From assembly GCA_036960805.1 (NCBI GenBank), contig JBALXL010000002.1, positions 75,052 to 139,051 on the forward strand: 64,000 nt of DNA, in the 5' to 3' direction. The stretch is from Pseudomonadales bacterium (GTDB taxonomy: Bacteria > Pseudomonadota > Gammaproteobacteria > Pseudomonadales > IMCC2047). The notes under the pieces are model-generated. The model saw only the letters and a list, made by a program, of their open reading frames with translations. It did no database searches and was not told the DNA's origin. Below are positions 57,947 to 64,000 of this stretch, in pieces. The position numbers were made by a program, and so were the translations under genes. Numbering within the stretch: position 1 is the stretch's first letter; every line of letters starts with the position of its first letter.

Positions 57947-58765
57947 TCATTCTGGCGTCTTTTGTAAGCGGCGGCGAAAATTCATCAGGCTGTCTACCAG
58001 CGCGAGATATGGCCCCACCAAAAACACCAATATATACATGAGCACCAACCAGTGGTAACTCAGCTTTTTAATACTTACAACCCCATGAACCAAGGCAATA
58101 GCAGCAATAAACAACGGCATCATTAATATCGGTGCCCATCCAATAAACACTGGATGCAGATTACCACCAAACTGGGCAATCAGAACCGCTGGAATAGCAA
58201 CCAACGGTGGCAACATAATTTGCCTGAACTCTTCTCCAAAGCCGCCAGGATTAAACAGTAACGACTGCCACCAGCGCCCGAGAATCAAGCTAAGTATTAT
58301 TACCATCAAATGCGCTGCTGCCCAAAAACCTGTTAGCAAACTGCTAAACATGGCGTAGGACTGCTCGGTTTTCATATCCACACTGGGCGCTAATTTACTT
58401 AGCACTTCCGGATTCAATAACTCCGGTACCAGTAGTGGCATAACCCAGCTGACGATCAATCCCAGCACCACCCCCACAAATAGGGTTGATACCCATGACA
58501 CAGTGGCTCTTAATACCGCCGCCAATATCATGGCTCCCACAATAACAATGAGGGAGGTTGGATCGCCGCGCATCACCAGCCATAAAACAGCTGGCATACC
58601 CGCCCAAAGCAAAACATTAAGCCCTTCGGCCGTACCTTTGCGTAGGGTTGTTAAAACAATTGTTGCGGCACTGAGCCAAAAAAGCAGAGGCACTGCCGCC
58701 GAAACGACGGCCACAATGATCGCCTCACGACGACCACGCATTGCATATTCAGCTACGGCTCGCAC
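57947..58765 (-). CDS. Polytopic membrane protein embedded between rpsR and rplI
   Basis: 272 aa with ~7 hydrophobic segments. Same strand as the flanking ribosomal genes, and 13 nt after rpsR. Confidence 0.6.
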   Translation of the reverse strand: MRAVAEYAMRGRREAIIVAVVSAAVPLLFWLSAATIVLTTLRKGTAEGLNVLLWAGMPAVLWLVMRGDPTSLIVIVGAMILAAVLRATVSWVSTLFVGVVLGLIVSWVMPLLVPELLNPEVLSKLAPSVDMKTEQSYAMFSSLLTGFWAAAHLMVIILSLILGRWWQSLLFNPGGFGEEFRQIMLPPLVAIPAVLIAQFGGNLHPVFIGWAPILMMPLFIAAIALVHGVVSIKKLSYHWLVLMYILVFLVGPYLALVDSLMNFRRRLQKTPE

Positions 58766-58778
58766 AACTATCTACTTC

Positions 58779-59006
58779 TTATTCGTGGCTGTCCGTGTAA
58801 GGCAGCAGAGCCAGATAGCGTGCGCGTTTGATCGCAGTAGCCAGCTGACGCTGATAACGGGCTTTAGTACCAGTAATACGACTAGGTACAATTTTGCCAG
58901 TTTCAGTAACAAAACCTTTCAAGACTTCCAGATCTTTATAATCGATCTGTTTAACGCCTTCCGCAGTGAAGCGGCAATATTTACGACGACGGAAAAAACG
59001 TGCCAT
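58779..59006 (-). CDS. rpsR: 30S ribosomal protein S18
   Basis: 75 aa. [26 protein letters not shown]. Confidence 0.95.
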   Translation of the reverse strand: MARFFRRRKYCRFTAEGVKQIDYKDLEVLKGFVTETGKIVPSRITGTKARYQRQLATAIKRARYLALLPYTDSHE

Positions 59007-59071
59007 GGTAAAACTCCTAAAAACTATTCAAAAAACAATCAGTGTTAGTGCCCCGTGAGACGGGAACCGCT

Positions 59072-59530
59072 TTATTCAGCGCTATCGCTAGCTGCTTCTG
59101 CTTTTTCAGCAACAGGTGCTGCTGCTTCTGCAGGTTTTGCAGCTGCTGGAGCTTCTGCAGGTTTTGCAGCTGCTGCTGGAGCAGATGTGTTTTCGCTACG
59201 AGTATCGCGAGAAGCACTTGCCATAACTGGAGATGCGGCAGTAACAGCTTCTTTCGTAGTGATAACCAAATTACGAATAACGGCATCGTTAAACTTGAAT
59301 GAATAGTTCAGCTCATCAAGAGCTTCCTGATTACATTCAACGTTCATCAACACGTAATGTGCTTTGTGAATCTTGTTGATAGGGTAAGCCAGTTGACGAC
59401 GACCCCAATCTTCCATGCGGTGAACTTGACCGCCGCTCTCTGTTACGATTGCGCTGTAACGCTCAACCATGGATGAAACTTGTTCGCTCTGATCTGGATG
59501 AACGAGAAATACTACTTCATAGTGCCGCAT
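59072..59530 (-). CDS. rpsF: 30S ribosomal protein S6 with an extended Ala/Pro/Glu-rich tail
   Basis: 152 aa. [18 protein letters not shown] core (~100 aa) plus a ~45-aa tail containing the tandem AAAKPAEA repeat. Confidence 0.95.
   Translation of the reverse strand: MRHYEVVFLVHPDQSEQVSSMVERYSAIVTESGGQVHRMEDWGRRQLAYPINKIHKAHYVLMNVECNQEALDELNYSFKFNDAVIRNLVITTKEAVTAASPVMASASRDTRSENTSAPAAAAKPAEAPAAAKPAEAAAPVAEKAEAASDSAE
59124..59180. repeat. 27-nt tandem duplication inside the rpsF tail
   Basis: gcttctgcaggttttgcagctgctgga occurs twice in tandem; the second copy has an extra gct. It encodes PAAAKPAEA x2 on the minus strand. Confidence 0.8.
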
Positions 59531-59788
59531 AGATTCTCCTTACGGTTTTGGCAGCTTCGTTGCATTACCTTTAAACAAAAGGGCAAGAAGCAAGGAGTTA
59601 TAGGGAAAAATTCCCCAAACAAATTTTTAAGCTCGCGGATCTTAGAGCAATGGCTAGCCGGACGCAAGTTTACTGAGGAATTAGCACGAAAAAAGCGTTA
59701 TTTTCAACACTTGCGAGATCAGCTCAGCTGTAGGCAAAACTCAGCGAGCCCCGCTTTACCGGGTATCGACCTTACCTACAGCTGTAAA

Positions 59789-60535
59789 TTATTTCCCGGT
59801 GTTAGCGAGACCGCGCTGACGCACCACCTCAAACAGGCACACTCCGGTCGCTACCGAGACATTCAAACTGCTCACTTCGCCTGCCATCGGGATATACACC
59901 AGCTCATCGCAGTGTTCCTGAGTTAAACGGCGCATACCTTTATCTTCCGAACCCATCACAATGACGCGAGGCCCAGTTAAGTCAGCCTCATAAATCGGAC
60001 GACTTGTTTCATCAACGGCTGTACCGGTAATCCACAAGCCTTTATCCTGCAGGGCTTTCAGTGTGCGCGCCAGATTAGTCACTTTAATAAAGGGCAGTGT
60101 TTCAGCAGCGCCAGAAGCGACTTTACTCACCACGGAATTCAAATCTGCTGAATTGTCTTTAGGCACCACAACCGCTGTCACGCCAGCCGCATCGGCACTG
60201 CGCAAACAGGCACCCAGATTATGCGTATCTGTTACTCCATCAAGCACCAACACCAACGGTTGCGAGGCATTCTCCAGCAACTCGTCAAGATCACTCTCGC
60301 TCAAGCTTTTTTGATTTTTACAAATAGCCAGCACGCCCTGATGATTACCGTCAGCGTGACGCTCAAGCTCATCAATATCAACCTGATCGACTTTAACTCG
60401 GCTTTTCTTCGCCTGCTGCAGCAACTCGCGTACTCGCGCATTCACTTTATTTTTATGAACCAATACACGCTCGACACGGCTAGGGTTACGCTGCAATAAC
60501 GCCTGCACTGCGTGAATTCCAAAAACGATTTCCAT
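59789..60535 (-). CDS. rlmB: 23S rRNA (guanosine-2'-O)-methyltransferase
   Basis: 248 aa SpoU/TrmH family. LVLDGVTDTHNLGACLRSA, IVMGSEDKGMR, SLNVSVA. Lies downstream of rnr, as in E. coli. Confidence 0.9.
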   Translation of the reverse strand: MEIVFGIHAVQALLQRNPSRVERVLVHKNKVNARVRELLQQAKKSRVKVDQVDIDELERHADGNHQGVLAICKNQKSLSESDLDELLENASQPLVLVLDGVTDTHNLGACLRSADAAGVTAVVVPKDNSADLNSVVSKVASGAAETLPFIKVTNLARTLKALQDKGLWITGTAVDETSRPIYEADLTGPRVIVMGSEDKGMRRLTQEHCDELVYIPMAGEVSSLNVSVATGVCLFEVVRQRGLANTGK

Positions 60536-60652
60536 ACTTAACTCACTTACCTTTTACTATCTGCTTTATCTATTTAATAAAAGCTTGTCACTCCGAGCGA
60601 CCGCAAGGAATCTTTCTTCAAGATCTCTCGCCGCCCTCGAAACAACAAAAAC

Positions 60653-63145
60653 TTAACTCTTTGGCGCGCGCGTAGCTTTCTTAGGCTTAGCGGCAGGACT
60701 CTTTGCCCCACCTGCAGCGCTTGGTTTTGCACCTTTTGCGGCAGGCTTTCTCTTCTTGCTCACCGCTGCCTTGCCACGCTTTGCGCCTTCTTTAGCTGCC
60801 TTAGCCCGCCCTGACTTTCTTGCGGGCTTAGCATCACTTTTGCTAGCACCAGGACGCCCTTGCTTACGACGCGGTGCTTTGTTTCGATCTTGCTGATCCG
60901 AACCATCATCTGAGGCCAGCTCAAAATCAATCTTGCGCTCATCCAAATTAACACGAGCCACTCTGATTTCAACACTATCACCCAGCTGGTAGGTCACACC
61001 AAAACGCTCGCCCTGCAAGCAATGATGCACGCCATCAAATTGATAATAATCATTCTTAAGCGCGCTAATATGCAGCAAGCCTTCAACATAAACATCATTA
61101 AGCTCGATAAACAGACCAAATGCGGTAACACCTGTAATGACACCGACATGGGTATCACCTACCCGTTCCTGCATGTACTCGCATTTAAGCCAATCCATCA
61201 CATCGCGAACGGCTTCATCGGCACGGCGCTCATTAGTTGAACAGTGCGCGCCCAGCTCTTCCATCTGATCCATTGTGTACGGATAGATATCCTTGCGTGC
61301 CATTGGCTTAGTAGCGTCGGTGCGTATCACCTTAGCCGTTTGCTTACGACTACGAACGACCGAACGAATAGCGCGATGTACCAGTAAATCAGGGTAACGA
61401 CGAATTGGTGATGTGAAATGCGCATAGGCATCAAAAGACAAACCAAAATGCCCTTCGTTATCCGGGCTATACACCGCCTGCAACATAGATCGCAGCAACA
61501 CCGTCTGAATCAATCGCGCATCGGGACGCTCTTTTATGCCGGCCAATAAATCGCGATAGTTAGCCGCTCGCGGCGCATATTCGCCCTCTAAACGCAGCCC
61601 AAGGCTATCAAGAAATTCACGCAGATTATTGAGCTTTTCAACACTTGGTTTGCCGTGCACACGGTACAAGCCGGGTAACTTATGGCTATCCAGAAAATCT
61701 GCCGCCGCCACATTGGCGCACAACATACATTCTTCAATCAACTTGTGTGCATCATTACGCGTCACTGGCACAATGCGCTCAATCTTGCGATCTTCGCCAA
61801 ACATCATACGTACTTCGGTGGTTTCAAAATCAATCGCACCACGCGCCACACGTGCAACTTGCAGCACTTCAAATAAATCCTGAAGCGTTTGCAGATGCGG
61901 CACGACAGCCTGATATTCAACTAGCAAGCTCTCCCTATCCGGCGCGTCCGTATCCATTAACATGGAATTAACCTTGTTATAGGTCAGCCGTGCGTGAGAA
62001 TGAATCACTGCTTCGCAAAAACGATAGCCCAGCATTTCGCCATCACCAGCGATCGTCATTTCACAGGCCATGGTCAGACGGTCGACATGAGGGTTCAGCG
62101 AGCACAAGCCGTTCGACAACAGCTCCGGCAGCATCGGAATAACTTGCTCAGGAAAATACACCGAAGTGCCACGCTCGTAAGCCTCTTTATCCAGCGCTGA
62201 GCCAACGGCTACATAATGAGAAACATCAGCAATCGCCACCCACAGCGTCCAGCCGCCTTCTTTGCGGAATTCGGCATAGACTGCATCGTCAAAATCACGG
62301 GCATCTTCACCATCAATCGTCACAAAGGGCAATTTGCGCAGATCAACGCGTTTGACCGCATCTTTTTCAGTCACTTCAGTGACAAAACCTTTTAGCTGCT
62401 GCGTTACCGAATCAGGCCACTCAAAGGGAATATCATGAGCACGCAACGCGACATCTATCTCCATGCCAGGCGCCATATGCTCGCCCAACACATCAATCAC
62501 TTTACCTACGGCAGGCTTGCGCTTCTCAGGATACTGCTTGAGTTCAACCATCACCATTTGGCCCGGCTCAGCCGACATGCGGCCACCCTCAGAAATCAAT
62601 ATATTTTGACAAATACGGCGGTTTTCCGGCGCCACAGAAGCAACACCGTTTTCCACTATTAAACGCCCCACCAACTGCTGGTGAGCACGTTCAAGAATCT
62701 CAACAATCACCGCTTCATCTTTACCGCGATGTTGGAACTCCGATGCTCGAACCAACACCCTATCGCCATCAAATACGCGATTCATTTCGCGGAAATTAAT
62801 AAACAGGTCGTCGCCGCCTTCATCATTAATAAAAAAGCCGTAACCGTCCTTATGTCCTTGTACACGCCCCTTCAATAAACTCAGGCGATCAATGACACAA
62901 AAATCACCGCGGCGATTCTGCAACAGCTGACCATCGCGCAGCATCGCATTCATACGGCGGCGCAATGCCTCAAGCCCGACATCGTCGGTAAGCTTCAGTT
63001 CGGCTGATATTGTTTTGAGACTAGCTGGACCGTCGCGGTTCTCAAGATGAGCAATAATAAACTCGCGACTGGGAATAGGGTTTTCGTAGTTAGCCGCTTC
63101 ACGAGATGCGAAGGGATCAGAAGTTTTACTGCGTTTACGTGGCAT
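60653..63145 (-). CDS. rnr: Ribonuclease R
   Basis: 830 aa. Cold-shock/OB N-terminus, RNB core (TIDGEDARDFDDAV), S1 domain and a Lys/Ala-rich basic tail. Confidence 0.95.
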   Translation of the reverse strand: MPRKRSKTSDPFASREAANYENPIPSREFIIAHLENRDGPASLKTISAELKLTDDVGLEALRRRMNAMLRDGQLLQNRRGDFCVIDRLSLLKGRVQGHKDGYGFFINDEGGDDLFINFREMNRVFDGDRVLVRASEFQHRGKDEAVIVEILERAHQQLVGRLIVENGVASVAPENRRICQNILISEGGRMSAEPGQMVMVELKQYPEKRKPAVGKVIDVLGEHMAPGMEIDVALRAHDIPFEWPDSVTQQLKGFVTEVTEKDAVKRVDLRKLPFVTIDGEDARDFDDAVYAEFRKEGGWTLWVAIADVSHYVAVGSALDKEAYERGTSVYFPEQVIPMLPELLSNGLCSLNPHVDRLTMACEMTIAGDGEMLGYRFCEAVIHSHARLTYNKVNSMLMDTDAPDRESLLVEYQAVVPHLQTLQDLFEVLQVARVARGAIDFETTEVRMMFGEDRKIERIVPVTRNDAHKLIEECMLCANVAAADFLDSHKLPGLYRVHGKPSVEKLNNLREFLDSLGLRLEGEYAPRAANYRDLLAGIKERPDARLIQTVLLRSMLQAVYSPDNEGHFGLSFDAYAHFTSPIRRYPDLLVHRAIRSVVRSRKQTAKVIRTDATKPMARKDIYPYTMDQMEELGAHCSTNERRADEAVRDVMDWLKCEYMQERVGDTHVGVITGVTAFGLFIELNDVYVEGLLHISALKNDYYQFDGVHHCLQGERFGVTYQLGDSVEIRVARVNLDERKIDFELASDDGSDQQDRNKAPRRKQGRPGASKSDAKPARKSGRAKAAKEGAKRGKAAVSKKRKPAAKGAKPSAAGGAKSPAAKPKKATRAPKS

Positions 63146-63212
63146 AGGTTGTCCGGTATGTAATCATCTGCGCATTGTAGCCATAAAGGTTAGACAACAA
63201 TAGCAATATTCG

Positions 63213-63241
63213 TTGACAAGGCTTTTTAATCGCAGTAAAGT
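63213..63241 (+). promoter_or_regulatory. Candidate sigma-70 promoter for tRNA-Leu
   Basis: TTGACA (63213-63218), a 17-nt spacer, TAAAGT (63236-63241), then the GC-rich discriminator gtcgcgatcc. It lies ~48 nt upstream of the tRNA. Confidence 0.4.
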
Positions 63242-63288
63242 CGCGATCCAAATTTGCTGAAGCAACATTTCAATGGTTGTGACGCAGA

Positions 63289-63375
63289 GCCCAGGTGGTG
63301 GAATTGGTAGACACGCTAGCTTCAGGTGCTAGTGCTCTTCGGGGCGTGGAGGTTCAAGTCCTCTTCTGGGCACCA
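63289..63375 (+). tRNA. tRNA-Leu (CAG)
   Basis: 87 nt. Acceptor GCCCAGG/TCTGGGC (first pair G-T wobble), anticodon arm CTAGC-TTCAGGT-GCTAG, long variable arm, T-arm GGAGG-TTCAAGT-CCTCT, encoded CCA. Confidence 0.9.
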
Positions 63376-63414
63376 ATCTAAGCATTTGATTTTATTATCA
63401 AATACTATCAAAAA

Positions 63415-63450
63415 GGCCGATATCCTTTCGCGAGGAAATCGGCCTTTTTT
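63415..63450 (+). terminator. Rho-independent terminator after tRNA-Leu
   Basis: ggccgatatcct-ttcgcg-aggaaatcggcc followed by tttttt. Confidence 0.7.
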
Positions 63451-63900
63451 GTGCCTGCGCCCCGCATACCTCATGGTCGACCACATAGCCAATTATTAGC
63501 TGCCTCAAAAAACCAAACATCAGAGTAATTTCTCAAAGTACCCGCGAAAGTAGTCACAGGTAGAATTATGCTTGCTCAACCAGGTTAATCAAACGTAGAA
63601 AATAGATCCCGAGCAAGCCTGCCGCCGAGTATCCGGGCTAATTCGCATGAGGAATCCTCAACGCTACTCAGGATAACCAAGTCAAGAAATGCCAAAATGG
63701 CTTCAGGGTACTTGACGGTCAGAGGTTTCTCGCCTTCTGTATCTCTATGGAAACGACAAGGCTAACGGCATAAAGAATAGAAGGCGGCAAAACCATCTTA
63801 ACAATGCTTCCGACTGCCTTCGCTCAGAGGAAGAACTGTCTCAGACTAAAAACACATCCATATTCTTTTATTAATCCCTGAAAACCACCTCAATATGCAA

Positions 63901-64000
63901 TTAATCCGGAGCTCGCAAACTTGTGTTTAGTATGTCTCGATGAAGCTTCCATTGCCCACTTTCTTGTTTCCAAATGACCAGATATTTACCCTGATCCAAC
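63901..64000 (-). CDS. 3' end of a SnoaL/DUF4440-like gene that starts beyond the window
   Basis: Reverse frame reads LDQGKYLVIWKQESGQWKLHRDILNTSLRAPD*, the typical C-terminal strand pair of NTF2-like DUF4440 proteins. Only 32 codons are visible. Confidence 0.4.
   Translation of the reverse strand, partial: LDQGKYLVIWKQESGQWKLHRDILNTSLRAPD

Noticed and set aside
59124-59180. Checked tandem repeats as a possible CRISPR array
   Set aside because: There are only two adjacent 27-nt units with no spacers, and they lie inside a coding region. No repeat-spacer architecture exists anywhere in the window.
59017-59306. Three 83-89 aa ORFs rich in Ala, Cys, Phe or Gln/Leu over the rpsF 3' end
   Set aside because: They are alternative-frame and antisense readings of the GCN-rich tandem repeat encoding the S6 tail.
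60587-60650. Sequence gtcactccgagcgaccgcaaggaatct...ctcgccgccctcgaaa between rlmB and rnr, a possible second copy of the palindromic element
   Set aside because: It resembles the 40444 element only loosely, and I could not define inverted termini. I mentioned it only as a lead within that finding.

Overview
This looks like a gammaproteobacterial chromosomal segment, with gene order resembling Pseudomonas or Oceanospirillales. Most of it is conserved housekeeping DNA. From left to right it holds a cyanophycin-utilisation pair (iadA, plus cphE cut by the left edge); folK-folB-tsaD divergent from the macromolecular-synthesis operon rpsU-yqeY-dnaG-rpoD; and a tRNA(CAU). Further right are a PrsT-like TPR protein; a five-gene periplasmic imelysin/DUF1111/imelysin/DUF1513/multicopper-oxidase cluster; an ALDH7 gene divergent from an unknown-arginase-ornithine aminotransferase operon; a SulP permease; and an overlapping ATP-grasp/CYTH/SixA-like operon. 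These are followed by a porin/FMN-binding/PepSY cluster, bioBFHCD divergent from comF, a K+ channel pair, an HDOD protein, dnaB-alr, rpsF-rpsR-(membrane ORF)-rplI, rlmB, rnr and tRNA-Leu(CAG). The unusual part is about 9.2-22.9 kb, between the tRNA(CAU) after rpoD and a DUF3833 lipoprotein gene. It is a rearranged accessory mosaic. It contains a duplicated tRNA 3' half; a ~75-bp repeat in three or more copies; three decayed 3' fragments of a tyrosine integrase gene; and a truncated second copy of an Hsp70-like (YegD-type) gene. It also has two divergent paralogous PAS-GGDEF-EAL genes whose 3' halves form a ~1.7 kb inverted repeat with a 105-nt perfectly identical tract. The best candidate for an undescribed system is an intact pair: an RNase H1 carrying an N-terminal hybrid-binding domain next to a YegD-like Hsp70 ATPase. 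The repeat pattern suggests that an integrase / RNase H / Hsp70-like module was once present twice. I saw no CRISPR array, rRNA or intact transposase. All calls come from reading the sequence and ORF translations by eye. No searches were run.
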